DNA of 64,000 nucleotides from Acidobacteriota bacterium (lineage in GTDB: Bacteria > Acidobacteriota > Thermoanaerobaculia > UBA5066): contig JADJVE010000006.1 in the NCBI GenBank assembly GCA_016716715.1, positions 129,259 to 193,258 on the forward strand. The letters run 5' to 3'. Below are positions 18,784 through 28,369 of this stretch, in pieces (position 1 is the first letter of the stretch; each line of letters begins with the position of its first letter). A model generated the notes under the pieces. The model did no database searches. It worked only from the letters and a program-made list of their open reading frames with translations, and was not told the origin of the DNA. The position numbers and the translations under genes are program-made.

Positions 18784-20286
18784 TTAGCCTCCGGCCGGCG
18801 CGCTCTTCTGAAGATCCAACTCCACGGCGGCCTCGTCCTCTCTCGGCGTGGAGTACTGGGAGTAGGGATCCGGCCGGCGCGGAGTCCATTCGATCGTGGC
18901 CCGCCAGCCCCTCTCGACGATCACGCCGTCGCAGCGGAAAAGCGGCACGCGAGCTCCGCGACGCCCGAGATAGGCCGGAAAGGCATAGCAGGACATCACG
19001 GGTGGGCCATCGCGAAAGCCCCACGGCACGTTCTTCAGGAAGAGCGCGGGCGCATCGGCCTTCGCCTCGGCCTGAGCCATGACCGACCGCGAAAGACGCG
19101 CGGCCTCGCGCCACCGGCCGCCCGCGGAACTGCCGCTCGCAAGAGATCCAAGCACGAAACCCGCGACGAGAACGACGGCCGCTGCACGGGCGGCCCGAGC
19201 GGCGATCGGAGAATCGCGCAGCGCCGCCGGCGTCTCGAGAGCGGCGGCCACCCCGATTCCGAAGAGGATCGCCGCCGGGAGCGAAGGCATGTACAGGAGA
19301 CGGCCTCCACCGGCTCCTCCCGGCACGAACGGCATCCAGATCACGAGACCGAGAAACGCCCCGGATGCGAGACAGAAGCCGGCGCCCGCGAGCGCTCCCG
19401 CCGACCAGAGTCCGGAAATGATCCCGGCCACGCCCAGGAAACCTGAAACGCGGACGAGAGAGCAGACCGCGGAAGGTGCCTCGAAGTACGGCGCGGCGGC
19501 GAACCCCTTTGCGAAGGCGCCGATGTGCTCCAGGAGCGGCGCACCGCGGAAGAGCGCCACCGCCTCGCCGTAGTGCGTGGAAGTCAAGGGCATGACGCGG
19601 GACCTCACGACAAGGAAGACCAGCGTCGCCAGTGCCAAGGAGCCGACCGCGATCCCAACCCCGGCGCGACTCCCACATCGCGGCCGGCGACGCCTCTCCA
19701 TCGCCAGGACGGGGAGCAACGCGAGCAACCCGACCGCGGGTTCCTTCGCAAGCAAGGCCAGGAAGAAGAACGTGACGGCGATCAAGGCGAGAGCAAAGCG
19801 CAAGCCACACCTGGTTTCCGACCTCAACGCCCCCGCCCAGGCAAGCAGGGAGAGCAGGACTCCCGTTGCACACAGCGCGTCGAACCGACAGGCGGGCCAT
19901 ACGCGAACCTCGATCGTGGCCGGAAACAGGAGAAAGAACGTCGCGGCGAGCCCGGAAACGAGCGCCGTTTCACCGAATGCAAGCAGAACGCGCCAGAGGA
20001 GGGCAGCGTTGAGCAGGAAGAGGAGCGCGGTCACCACCACGTACCCGGCCGGCCATTCCCAACCGAAGAACCGAAATTCGGCCCACAACGAGCCGAAGGC
20101 AACCGGCCGAAACGTGCTCACCATCGTCTGCCTGAAGACGTCGGCGAAGACATGCCGCTGACAGAGGTCGAGATGCGCGAAGTCGTCGTAGACGAAGAAC
20201 GCGTCCCGGAGGGCCGGGGCCCAGACGGTCGCACCGAGCAGGAGCGCGGACCCCGCGAAGAGGACGAGCCCCGGGTTCCTTCGCAC
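18784..20286 (-). CDS. Polytopic integral membrane protein (possible GT-C-type glycosyltransferase); N-terminus set at a GTG just after the folC stop
   Basis: About 500 aa with 10 or more hydrophobic helices. The upstream 400 aa of ORF 18784..21471 is Arg/Gly-rich antisense of folC, so I trimmed it. The family assignment is tentative. Confidence 0.5.
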   Translation of the reverse strand: MRRNPGLVLFAGSALLLGATVWAPALRDAFFVYDDFAHLDLCQRHVFADVFRQTMVSTFRPVAFGSLWAEFRFFGWEWPAGYVVVTALLFLLNAALLWRVLLAFGETALVSGLAATFFLLFPATIEVRVWPACRFDALCATGVLLSLLAWAGALRSETRCGLRFALALIAVTFFFLALLAKEPAVGLLALLPVLAMERRRRPRCGSRAGVGIAVGSLALATLVFLVVRSRVMPLTSTHYGEAVALFRGAPLLEHIGAFAKGFAAAPYFEAPSAVCSLVRVSGFLGVAGIISGLWSAGALAGAGFCLASGAFLGLVIWMPFVPGGAGGGRLLYMPSLPAAILFGIGVAAALETPAALRDSPIAARAARAAAVVLVAGFVLGSLASGSSAGGRWREAARLSRSVMAQAEAKADAPALFLKNVPWGFRDGPPVMSCYAFPAYLGRRGARVPLFRCDGVIVERGWRATIEWTPRRPDPYSQYSTPREDEAAVELDLQKSAPAGG

Positions 20287-20294
20287 AGGCGATT

Positions 20295-21503
20295 CTAGCC
20301 GCGGAGCGCGAGCACCTCTCCGGCGAGATAGAGCGAGCCCGCGACGAGGATCGGCCCGTCGCCGCCCGCGGCCTCGAGGCGCGCGAGTCCTTCCGCCACG
20401 GACGGCGCCGTCTCGAGGTCCGGCCGGCCGAGCCGCTCGGCGAGGCGGCGCGCGTCCTCGGCCCGCGGCGAGGCCGGGGCCACGAGAACGATCCGGCGTG
20501 CGCGCGCGGCGAGCGGCGCGAAGACCGCCGTGAGGTCCTTGTCGGCCATCCCGCCGAAGAGGAGGTCGACCGTGCCCGAAAGGCCGGCCGCGTCGAGGTG
20601 CGCCGCGAGCGCGAGGGCGCCCGGCGGGTTGTGCGCGCCATCCACGAGCAGCGGCCGCCGGCCCGAACTTTCGATCCGCTCGAGCCGCCCGCGCCAGCGC
20701 GTCGCCCCGAGTCCGCGCGCGATCGCCGCGTCGTCGAGCGGCGCGACCGCGCGCGCGGCGGCCACCGCGAGGGAGACGTTGCCGAGCTGGTGCGCGCCCG
20801 CGAGCGGGGAGAGGCCCTCCCAGTGCGGCGCGGGCGGGATTTCGACGAGGCGCGCGCCGATCCGCCGGGCCTCCGCGTGGAGAACGGCGCGCGGCCCGTC
20901 CTCCGTGCCCTCCGCCCCGACGAGCGCGGGCTGGCCCCTGCGGAAGATGCCGGCCTTCTCGCGCGCCACGTCCTCGAGCGCGGGCCCGAGGACGTCGAGG
21001 TGGTCGGCGGAAACGTTCGTCACGACGGAAACTTCGGGCTCGAGGACGTTCGTCGCGTCGAGCCGCCCGCCGATCCCGACCTCGACGACGGCGACCGAAA
21101 CGCGCGCCCGCCTGAAAAGCTCGAACGCGGCGACCGTCATCGCCTCGAAGTACGTCGGCCCCCTGTCGCCGGGCGCCGAGACGGAGGCGACGAGAGAGAG
21201 GGCGGAGTCGAGCGCCGCGAAGGAGACGTCCCGATCCAGAAGGCGCACGCGCTCCGTGACGGACACGAGGTGCGGCGACGTGTAGAGGCCGCACGGCACG
21301 CCCGCGGCCGTGAGGATCGCGGAGACGGAGGCGGCGGTGGAGCCTTTTCCGTTCGTTCCTCCGATGAGGATCGAGGAAAAGGAAAATTCGGGATTTCCCA
21401 GAAATGAAAGAAGGGAGCGGGTGCGCCAGAGCCCGGGTCGAATGCGCTGCGGGCCGAGGGCGTCCAGCCACGCCAGCCCCGGAGAAGCGACGACGGCGCT
21501 CAA
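20295..21503 (-). CDS. folC: Bifunctional folylpolyglutamate synthase / dihydrofolate synthase
   Basis: Mur-ligase-type P-loop (LIGGTNGKGSTAASVSAILTAAG). 402 aa. It lies directly downstream of accD, as in the E. coli accD–folC arrangement. Confidence 0.85.
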   Translation of the reverse strand: MSAVVASPGLAWLDALGPQRIRPGLWRTRSLLSFLGNPEFSFSSILIGGTNGKGSTAASVSAILTAAGVPCGLYTSPHLVSVTERVRLLDRDVSFAALDSALSLVASVSAPGDRGPTYFEAMTVAAFELFRRARVSVAVVEVGIGGRLDATNVLEPEVSVVTNVSADHLDVLGPALEDVAREKAGIFRRGQPALVGAEGTEDGPRAVLHAEARRIGARLVEIPPAPHWEGLSPLAGAHQLGNVSLAVAAARAVAPLDDAAIARGLGATRWRGRLERIESSGRRPLLVDGAHNPPGALALAAHLDAAGLSGTVDLLFGGMADKDLTAVFAPLAARARRIVLVAPASPRAEDARRLAERLGRPDLETAPSVAEGLARLEAAGGDGPILVAGSLYLAGEVLALRG

Positions 21504-21568
21504 GTCCCGGGCCCCATTAACCTTCTAAGAAAATCCGAGTCCGAATCTTCTTCTCCCGGTCCCGGCCA

Positions 21569-22414
21569 TCAGCTCGTCTGGAGCAGCCGCAGCACGCGCG
21601 CGAGCGTCGCGCGCATCTCGGGGCGCGGGACGACGAGGTCGACGAAGCCGTGGTCCTGCAGGAACTCCGCGCGCTGGAAGCCCTCGGGCAGCGTCTGGCG
21701 GATCGTCTGCTCGATGACGCGCGGGCCCGCGAAGCCGATGAGCGCCTTCGGCTCGGCCATGTTCACGTCGCCGAGCATCGCGAAGGACGCCGTGACGCCG
21801 CCCGTCGTCGGGTCCGTCAGGACGGAGACGTACGGGATCCGCGCGGCGGAGAGCCGCGCGAGCGCCGCGGAGACCTTGCCCATCTGCATGAGCGAAAGGA
21901 TCCCCTCCTGCATGCGCGCGCCGCCCGAAGCGCTCACGATCACGTAGGCCTTGCGCTCCTTGAGCGCGAGCTCGGCGCAGCGCGTGAGCACCTCACCCAC
22001 GACCGAGCCCATCGAGCCGCCCATGAACGCGTAGTCGAGGACGGCGACGACCGCCGGGACGCCGTCGATCTCGCCCTGCGCGGCCTGGATCGCGTCCGGC
22101 CGCCCCGTCTTCGCCTCGCTGTCCCGCAGGCGGTCGCGGTAGCGCTTGCCGTCCTTGAACTTCAGCGGGTCGATCGGGCGCACGCCCTCGAAGAGCAGCT
22201 GGGCGCCGTCGCCGAGGAGGAGCCTGATCCGCTCGGCTGCCGGCATCCGGAAGTGGAACCCGCACTTCGGGCAGACGCGCACGTTCCGCTCCAGCTCCTT
22301 GAGATAGAGCGTCTCGCGGCAGCCCTCGCACTTGAGGAACAGCCCCTCGCCGAGCGAGGCCGCGGTCTTGGGGTCACGCGGGGCGCGCGGGCCCTTGTCC
22401 TTGCGAAACCACAT
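21569..22414 (-). CDS. accD: Acetyl-CoA carboxylase carboxyltransferase beta subunit
   Basis: N-terminal Zn-ribbon (CEGCRETLYLKELERNVRVCPKCGFHFR) plus a carboxyltransferase domain (GGSMGSVVGE .. GGARMQEG). Confidence 0.9.
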   Translation of the reverse strand: MWFRKDKGPRAPRDPKTAASLGEGLFLKCEGCRETLYLKELERNVRVCPKCGFHFRMPAAERIRLLLGDGAQLLFEGVRPIDPLKFKDGKRYRDRLRDSEAKTGRPDAIQAAQGEIDGVPAVVAVLDYAFMGGSMGSVVGEVLTRCAELALKERKAYVIVSASGGARMQEGILSLMQMGKVSAALARLSAARIPYVSVLTDPTTGGVTASFAMLGDVNMAEPKALIGFAGPRVIEQTIRQTLPEGFQRAEFLQDHGFVDLVVPRPEMRATLARVLRLLQTS

Positions 22415-22429
22415 GGGTGAACGACGATC

Positions 22430-23215
22430 TTACCGCGCCGTGCGTGGCCCGAACGAGACGAGAGGTTTGCCGCCGGGGCCGGGGCTCACGCACGCCGAGA
22501 CGGCGAAGAGCTCCGAGAGGAGCCGGTCCGTGAGCGTGGCGCCGACCGGACCCTCGGCGAGGACCCGCCCTCCCGCGAGGAGGACGGCGTCGTCCGCTCC
22601 CTCGGAGGCGACGTCGATCTCGTGCGTCGAGAAGAGGACGCTCCCGCCCGCGGCGGCGCGGCGGCGCATCGCGTCGAGGACGAGGAAACGGTGGCGCGGG
22701 TCGAGGTTCGCGGTCGGCTCGTCGAGGAGAAGAACGTCCGGGGCGCCCGCGAGGACGCGGGCAAGGAGCACGCGCTGGCGCTCGCCGCCCGACATGGCGC
22801 GGATGTCCGCGTCCGCGAGCGCGGTCGCGTCCATCTCGAGGAGCGCGGAGGCGGCCGCCTCGCGGTCCGCGAGACCCGGCGCTCCGAACGCTCCGAGGTG
22901 CGGGGTGCGGCCGAGAAGAACGAGGTCGCGCGCCCGCATCGGGAAGAGAGGCTCGAAGCCCTGCGGAAGGTAGCCGATCGCGCAAGCCGCTTCCTTGCGC
23001 GGCACGGACGCGAGGCTCCGCCCGCCGAGGAGGACTACTCCGGCCCTTGGCTTCAGGACGCCGGCAAGGACTTTGAGGAGCGTGGACTTGCCCGAGCCGT
23101 TCTCGCCGAGGAGCACCGTGACGCGCCCGGGCGCGAGGCCGAGCGAGACGCACTCGAGAACGGCCTTCCCGCCGTACCCGGCCGAGAGGCCGCGCGCCTC
23201 GAGCCGCGGCGTCAC
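22430..23215 (-). CDS. ABC transporter ATP-binding protein, iron-siderophore/cobalamin importer type (FecE/BtuD-like)
   Basis: Walker A LLGENGSGKSTLLKVLAG, signature MSGGERQRVLLARVLAG, Walker B LLLDEPTANLD. I chose the GTG start at VTPRLEARGLSAGYGG (261 aa) rather than the 586-aa ORF. Confidence 0.85.
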   Translation of the reverse strand: MTPRLEARGLSAGYGGKAVLECVSLGLAPGRVTVLLGENGSGKSTLLKVLAGVLKPRAGVVLLGGRSLASVPRKEAACAIGYLPQGFEPLFPMRARDLVLLGRTPHLGAFGAPGLADREAAASALLEMDATALADADIRAMSGGERQRVLLARVLAGAPDVLLLDEPTANLDPRHRFLVLDAMRRRAAAGGSVLFSTHEIDVASEGADDAVLLAGGRVLAEGPVGATLTDRLLSELFAVSACVSPGPGGKPLVSFGPRTAR

Positions 23216-24219
23216 GGGCGGGCCCTCAGGAGGACGAGAAACGCGGGCGCGCCGAGCAGGGCCGTCACGGCTCCGACGGAAATCTCGGCCGGCGCGAACA
23301 GGGACCGCGAGAGGGCGTCGGCCGCGACGAGAAGGGCCGCGCCTCCGAGGAACGACAGGACGAGGAGCGCGCGGTGTCCGGGCGCGAGCCGGCGCACGGC
23401 GTGCGGGACGAGGAGGCCGACGAAGCCGATGATCCCCGTCGTCGCGACCGCGGCGGCGGCGAGGAGCGAGGCCGCGAGGTACGCGATGCGCTTCACCGTC
23501 TCGACCCGGACGCCGAGCGTCGCGGCCGTCTCCTCGCCGAGCGCGAGCGCGTCGAACGCGCGGGCGAGTGGCAGGAGGAGGGCGAGGCCGAGCGCCGCAT
23601 AGACGGCCAGCGCCTTCACGGCGCCCGGCGTCGCGCCCGCGAGCGAGCCGAGCATCCAGAACACGAACGACTGCGTGCGCGCCGCGTCGCCGAAGGACAG
23701 AAGGAAGAGGAGGACCGCGGACGCGAGCGCGTTCACGACGACGCCGGAGAGGAGGAGGCGCCCCCGGTCCAGCCGCCCGCCGACGGACGCGCCGGCGCCC
23801 ACGACGAGGACCGCCACGAGGGCGCCGAGGAAGCCCGCGAGCGGGAGCGCGAACGAGCTTCCCCACGCGCCGCGCGCGCCGAGGCCGAGGAGAGCGCCGA
23901 GGAGCGTGCCGCAGGCCGCGCCGCCCGAGACGCCGAGGAGGTAGGGGTCGGCGAGTGGGTTTCCGAGGAGCGCCTGCAGAGCCGCGCCCGAGACCGCGAG
24001 CGCGCCGCCCACGAGCGCGCCCAGAAGCGCGCGCGGAAGCCGCAGCTCGCGCACGATCGTCACGGCCTGCGCGTCGCCGGAGCCGAAGAGAGCGTTCCAG
24101 ACCTCTCCGGGCGAGAGCCGCACGCTCCCGAAGAGGAGCGAAGTTCCGACGAGGGCGAAGAGGGCGACGAGGAGAACCGCCGCCGCCCACGCGGAGCGGC
24201 CGGACGGGGCCGGCGTCAC
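23212..24219 (-). CDS. FecCD-family ABC permease (BtuC/FepD-like)
   Basis: 335 aa with about 9 TM helices and the FecCD signature region (LLGNPLADPYLLGVSGGAACG). The start overlaps the substrate-binding-protein stop (GTGA). Confidence 0.85.
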   Translation of the reverse strand: MTPAPSGRSAWAAAVLLVALFALVGTSLLFGSVRLSPGEVWNALFGSGDAQAVTIVRELRLPRALLGALVGGALAVSGAALQALLGNPLADPYLLGVSGGAACGTLLGALLGLGARGAWGSSFALPLAGFLGALVAVLVVGAGASVGGRLDRGRLLLSGVVVNALASAVLLFLLSFGDAARTQSFVFWMLGSLAGATPGAVKALAVYAALGLALLLPLARAFDALALGEETAATLGVRVETVKRIAYLAASLLAAAAVATTGIIGFVGLLVPHAVRRLAPGHRALLVLSFLGGAALLVAADALSRSLFAPAEISVGAVTALLGAPAFLVLLRARP

Positions 24220-25085
24220 GGCGCGCTCCCGAGAGCCGCGAGCGCTTCGAGCGCGTCCACGAGGCGCGGTCCCGGCCGCTCGAGGAGGTCTCCGGGCAGC
24301 GTCGCGACGCGCCCGTCCCTCACCGCGGGCACCACGCGGAACGCGCCGCCCTGAAGCGCCGCGCCGAACGCCTCCGCGTTCTCGGCGGTGGCGGGCCGGA
24401 CGACGAGGTCCGGATTCCACGCGGCGAGCGTCTCGAGCGAGACGCGCGGCCAGTCGCCTGCGGCCGCCGGCACCGCGTTCGTGAATCCGGCGCGCGCGAG
24501 CACGTCGCCCACGAACGTCGCCCGGCCCGCGACGACCGGCGGGTCGGGCCACACGAGGACGAGGGCGGTCTTCCCGCGGTGCGCGCGCCCGCGCGCCTCG
24601 GCGGCCGCGATGCGGCCCTTCAGCGACCCGACGAGCGCCGCGGCCTTTTCCGGCTCGCCGATGGCCGCGCCGACGCGCGTGACGTCGTCGAGCACGCCGT
24701 CGAGCGAAGTCCCGGAGGTCACGAGCACGTTGAGCCCCACCGCCGTGAGTTTCTCCCAGGCGGCGCGGTCGGTCCCGTCCCGCGAGACGACGACGAGGTC
24801 CGGCGCCAGCTGCACGACGCGCTCGAGGTCCGGGGCGAAGCCGCCGAGCCGCGCCTTGCCCGCGGCGCCGGGCAGGTCGCGGGCGAAGTCGCTGACGCCC
24901 ACCACGCGCGGCGCCGCGCCGAGAGCGAAGAGGATCTCCGCCGCCGAAGGGGCGAGCGCGACGATGCGCCGGGGCGGAGCGGGAGTCGGGACCGGGGCGG
25001 CGAGGAGCGCCGCCAACAGGAGGAGCCGGAGGCTCAGGATTCCTCGGCTTCCTCGAGGTCGTTCGGGACGCCCAGCCTCAGGCAC
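24216..25085 (-). CDS. Periplasmic substrate-binding protein, BtuF/FhuD-like (cobalamin / Fe3+-siderophore)
   Basis: Signal peptide (LSLRLLLLAALLAAPVPTPAPP), then RIVALAPSAAEILFALGAAPRVVGVSDF typical of BtuF-type class III binding proteins. The start is uncertain; the called ATG overlaps the upstream small ORF by about 50 nt. Confidence 0.75.
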   Translation of the reverse strand: MPEAGRPERPRGSRGILSLRLLLLAALLAAPVPTPAPPRRIVALAPSAAEILFALGAAPRVVGVSDFARDLPGAAGKARLGGFAPDLERVVQLAPDLVVVSRDGTDRAAWEKLTAVGLNVLVTSGTSLDGVLDDVTRVGAAIGEPEKAAALVGSLKGRIAAAEARGRAHRGKTALVLVWPDPPVVAGRATFVGDVLARAGFTNAVPAAAGDWPRVSLETLAAWNPDLVVRPATAENAEAFGAALQGGAFRVVPAVRDGRVATLPGDLLERPGPRLVDALEALAALGSAP

Positions 25086-25261
25086 GCCGCGGCGTACATC
25101 TGGCGCGCGGCCTTCTGGGCGTTCTGCAGGTCGGCCAGCCGTTCCTTGACCTTGGAGAGCTCGGCCTGGATGTCGCCCTCGAGCTGGTCGATCTCGGCCT
25201 TCGTGACCGACCGCGTGTGCTCGTAGAACTTCTTTTGCTCTTCGGAAAGGCTCATGCGCAA
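25034..25261 (-). CDS. Small (about 73 aa) charged coiled-coil protein between the kinase and the ABC importer genes
   Basis: GAGGAG RBS is 6-7 nt upstream of the ATG. Lys/Glu-rich heptad-like sequence (EEQKKFYEHTRSVTKAEIDQLEGDIQAELSKVKERLADLQNAQKAARQMY). Local GC is lower than in neighbouring genes. Confidence 0.4.
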   Translation of the reverse strand: MRMSLSEEQKKFYEHTRSVTKAEIDQLEGDIQAELSKVKERLADLQNAQKAARQMYAAACLRLGVPNDLEEAEES

Positions 25262-25277
25262 CTCCTCGGGCGAACGG

Positions 25278-28200
25278 TCACGGACGAACGGCGATCGGGA
25301 AGGTCTTCCACATCTTGACCTTCACGCCGTCCTTGGTCGCCGGCTCGATTGTCGCACCCTTCAGGGCGCGCGCGGCCGCGTCGTCGGCAAACTTGTAGCT
25401 CGAGGGCCGGATGAGGCGGGTCTCGACGACGACGCCCCTCTCGTCGACGAGCGCCATGATGACGGGCGTCCCGATGGATCCGTCCGGGGTCCGCTTGACC
25501 TGCCGGGCCTGCATCGGCAGGCCGCTCATCGGCCCAAGGCGCACGAGCCTCGGCTCGACGACGCCTTCACCGGGGCCGACGAGCTCGCCCTCCTTGACGG
25601 GCGCAGTCGTTGCGGCCGGGATCACCGGCGCCTTCTCGGGAGCGGACACTTCCGTCGGAACCGGCGCGGCGGCCGCGGGTTCCTGCTTCGGCGCGGCCGC
25701 GACGACGGGCGGCGCCACCACGGGAGGGGCCGCGACGGGCAGCGGCTCCGGCGCCTTCACGGCCGCCTCCTTCGGGGCCTCGGCAACGGTCTTCGGCTGG
25801 AGCGTCAGGACGGCGGGCGCCGGCGCGGCTCCCGTCTTCGCGCTTGCGGCCTTGGCGGCGGTCGCGGCCTTCTCTCGCTCGGCGGCGAGCCGGCGCGCCT
25901 CGGCCTCGACGGCCTTCGGGTCGACGACCCTGGGCCCCTCGGCCGCGGGAGCCGGGGCCGGCGCGGACGCCGTTTCCGGCGCGGGCGCCGAGACTTCGGT
26001 CTTCGGCGCGGGCGCCGGCGGAGCGGCCTTCGGGCCCGACCACCTGTCCTTCGTCATGAAGAGCGCGACGCCGACGAGCGCGGCGGCCGCAAGGCCGATC
26101 CCCGCGACGAGACCCGTGCGGCTCCCCTTCGACTCGCCCGCCGCCGGGATCGACGCCGCGGCCTCGGCGGCCGCGCGCGGCGCCTCCCGTCGCGGCACGG
26201 CAGCGCTCTCGCGCGGCGCGGGCGCCGGAGGCGTGTACGGGATCTGCATCTCTCCCGTCTGGTGGATGAGGAGGCCCCTGCCCTTCTTCTGCAGCACCGG
26301 AGCCGCCGCGGGCGCGGGCACCGAGTCGCGCGCCTTGTCGAACGCCGCGTCGATCTCGTCGCCCGTCGGGGACGACTCGGGGGCCTCGAGGAGACGGTGC
26401 AGGTAAATCGCGACGTCCGCGGGCCCGGGCGACGGCTGGAACGCGTAGAGGACCGCGTGGAGGTCCTTCTCCATCTCGGACGCGTTCTGGTAGCGCTCCT
26501 GCGGATTCTTCGCGAGCGCCTTGAGGACGATCTGGTCGACGCGTTTCGACACCTCGACGCCGCGCGCGGACGGAGCTTCGACCTCGCCCTCGCGGACGCG
26601 CTCGAGGACCGACATGTCCGTGTCGCCCTCGAAGAGCGGCGCCCCCGTGAGCATTTCGTGGAGGACGGCGCCGAGCGAGAAGACGTCGCTGCGGCGGTCC
26701 ACGCGCTTTCCCCACGCCTGCTCCGGGGACATGTACTGGAGCTTGCCCTTGAGAGCCCCCGAGATCGTCGTCGAGACCTTGCTCGCGGCCTTCGCGATCC
26801 CGAAATCGCAGAGCTTGATGTCGCCTTCGTAGCTGATGAGGATGTTCTGCGGCGAGACGTCGCGGTGGACGAGGTTCAGCTCGGTCCCATCCGCCGCAGG
26901 CCGGCGGTGCGCGTAGTCGAGCGCGTTCGCGATCTTGGCTGCGACGAAGAGCGCGAGCTCCGGCGGGAGGGGGTACGAACGCTCCTTGCCGAGCTTCAGG
27001 AGCGTGCGGAGGTCCTTGCCCTCCACGAACTCCATCGCGATGTAGTGCCACGCGTCGACCTTCCCGAGGTCGAAGATGTGCGTGATGTTGTTGTGGTTGA
27101 GCTGCGCCGCGAGCTTGGCCTCGTCGATGAACATCGTGATGAACGCGTCGTTCGCCGCCATGTGCGGGACGATGCGTTTGATCGCGACGATCTTCTCGAA
27201 GCCCTCTTCGCCCCGCATGCGGGCCTTGAAGACCTCGGCCATGCCGCCGGAGCCGATCTTCTCGAGGAGCTGGTACCGCCCGAACTGGCCGGGCGCCGGC
27301 GTGACGCGCCGCGGCGGGGCGGCCGGCGCCGCCACGCGGGGCGGCGCAGACGGCGTCAGCGCCGCGGCGGTCGCGGCGGGGGCCGGGACCGCGGACGCGG
27401 GCCGCGGCGCCGGAGGCTCGAGGGGCGGAGTCTTCAGCCGCAGCGTTTCGCCGGAGACCTCGCGCGCGGCAGGGCGAACCGTCTTCGCAATCGGCATCAG
27501 CCCCGAGAGCGTGTCCTTGAGGAGCTTGTCCACCGATGCGTTCGCGGCGGGATCGGCCGGTCGGGCGGATCCGGACGCGGCCGACTGCGCGAGCGCGCCG
27601 AGCGCCTGCTCGACGTTGATGCGCGCGGTCCGCTCGGTCGGGACGGGACGCAGCGGCTCGTCCGCGGCGGGGAACGGGCCGCTCACGGGCTTTCGTGGAG
27701 GGGGCATGAGGCCCGAGAGCGTGTCCTCGAGACGCTTCTGGAGAACCGGGTCCGCCGCGGGTGACGAGACACGCTTCGCCGGCGGAGCCGGAAACGCCGG
27801 GTTCGTGGCGGACGAGGAGCGCGGAGGCGGCATGCCGGTCGTCACCATTTGAGACGGCACGGTGTCGTTCGAGCCGCCCTCGCCGAGCCCGGTCAGGACG
27901 TCCGAGAAGATGTCGTACGCCGAGAGAAGAGGTGCGCCGGGGTCGCTGGCGCCCGAGGGGGGCGACATGTCGAGGACCGGGCGCAGACCCAGCGCCATCG
28001 CGACTTCGGCCTGGAAGACCTCTTCCGTGAAGGGCTTCTCGAGAATGCTCGTCGCGCCGACGCGCTGGGCGTCCGAGCGCTTGTTGCGCCCCTTGTAGCC
28101 CGACATCATGAGCAGGATCGGCGGCGTCGGCCCCATGGCCTGCATGCCCTTGATGACGTCCGGCGTCCGCATCTTCGGGAGAACGGACGAGACGAGGACG

Positions 28201-28343
28201 AGGTCCGGCCGGACGCGGCGGTAGGCCTCGAGGCCCTCCTCGCCGTCGCGCGCCGCCACGAGCTCGACGTCCGGCTGCGTCAGCAGGAATCCCCGGATGC
28301 GGTCGAGATACCGCGGTTCGTACTCGATCAACAGGAATTTCAT
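25278..28343 (-). CDS. Multidomain signalling protein: N-terminal response-regulator receiver + Ser/Thr protein kinase + one TM helix + Pro/Ala-rich periplasmic linker + C-terminal TonB-C-like domain
   Basis: REC domain: MKFLLIEYEP...DLVLVSSVLPKM...ILEKPF. Hanks kinase: GSGGMAEVFKA, AIKRI, HRDVSPQNILI, DFGIAKA, SPEQA. TM: TGLVAGIGLAAAALVGVALFM. A long AP-rich low-complexity region. The C-terminal about 100 aa match the TonB C-terminal fold (..VVEPRLVRLGPMSGLPMQARQVKRTPDGSIGTPVIMALVDERGVVVETRLIRPSSYKFADDAAARALKGATIEPATKDGVKVKMWKTFPIAV). Confidence 0.85.
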   Translation of the reverse strand: MKFLLIEYEPRYLDRIRGFLLTQPDVELVAARDGEEGLEAYRRVRPDLVLVSSVLPKMRTPDVIKGMQAMGPTPPILLMMSGYKGRNKRSDAQRVGATSILEKPFTEEVFQAEVAMALGLRPVLDMSPPSGASDPGAPLLSAYDIFSDVLTGLGEGGSNDTVPSQMVTTGMPPPRSSSATNPAFPAPPAKRVSSPAADPVLQKRLEDTLSGLMPPPRKPVSGPFPAADEPLRPVPTERTARINVEQALGALAQSAASGSARPADPAANASVDKLLKDTLSGLMPIAKTVRPAAREVSGETLRLKTPPLEPPAPRPASAVPAPAATAAALTPSAPPRVAAPAAPPRRVTPAPGQFGRYQLLEKIGSGGMAEVFKARMRGEEGFEKIVAIKRIVPHMAANDAFITMFIDEAKLAAQLNHNNITHIFDLGKVDAWHYIAMEFVEGKDLRTLLKLGKERSYPLPPELALFVAAKIANALDYAHRRPAADGTELNLVHRDVSPQNILISYEGDIKLCDFGIAKAASKVSTTISGALKGKLQYMSPEQAWGKRVDRRSDVFSLGAVLHEMLTGAPLFEGDTDMSVLERVREGEVEAPSARGVEVSKRVDQIVLKALAKNPQERYQNASEMEKDLHAVLYAFQPSPGPADVAIYLHRLLEAPESSPTGDEIDAAFDKARDSVPAPAAAPVLQKKGRGLLIHQTGEMQIPYTPPAPAPRESAAVPRREAPRAAAEAAASIPAAGESKGSRTGLVAGIGLAAAALVGVALFMTKDRWSGPKAAPPAPAPKTEVSAPAPETASAPAPAPAAEGPRVVDPKAVEAEARRLAAEREKAATAAKAASAKTGAAPAPAVLTLQPKTVAEAPKEAAVKAPEPLPVAAPPVVAPPVVAAAPKQEPAAAAPVPTEVSAPEKAPVIPAATTAPVKEGELVGPGEGVVEPRLVRLGPMSGLPMQARQVKRTPDGSIGTPVIMALVDERGVVVETRLIRPSSYKFADDAAARALKGATIEPATKDGVKVKMWKTFPIAVRP

Positions 28344-28369
28344 TATTCGAAAAATCTATTATCGCCCGC

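Noticed and set aside
18784-21471. 895-aa minus ORF spanning the membrane protein and folC
   Set aside because: Its upstream about 390 codons are an alternative frame of folC. I trimmed it to the GTG just after the folC stop.
22430-24552. Extended N-termini of the ABC ATPase (586 aa) and permease (446 aa) ORFs
   Set aside because: The extensions are Arg/Pro/Gly junk overlapping neighbouring genes. Conserved family N-termini begin at the internal GTGs chosen.
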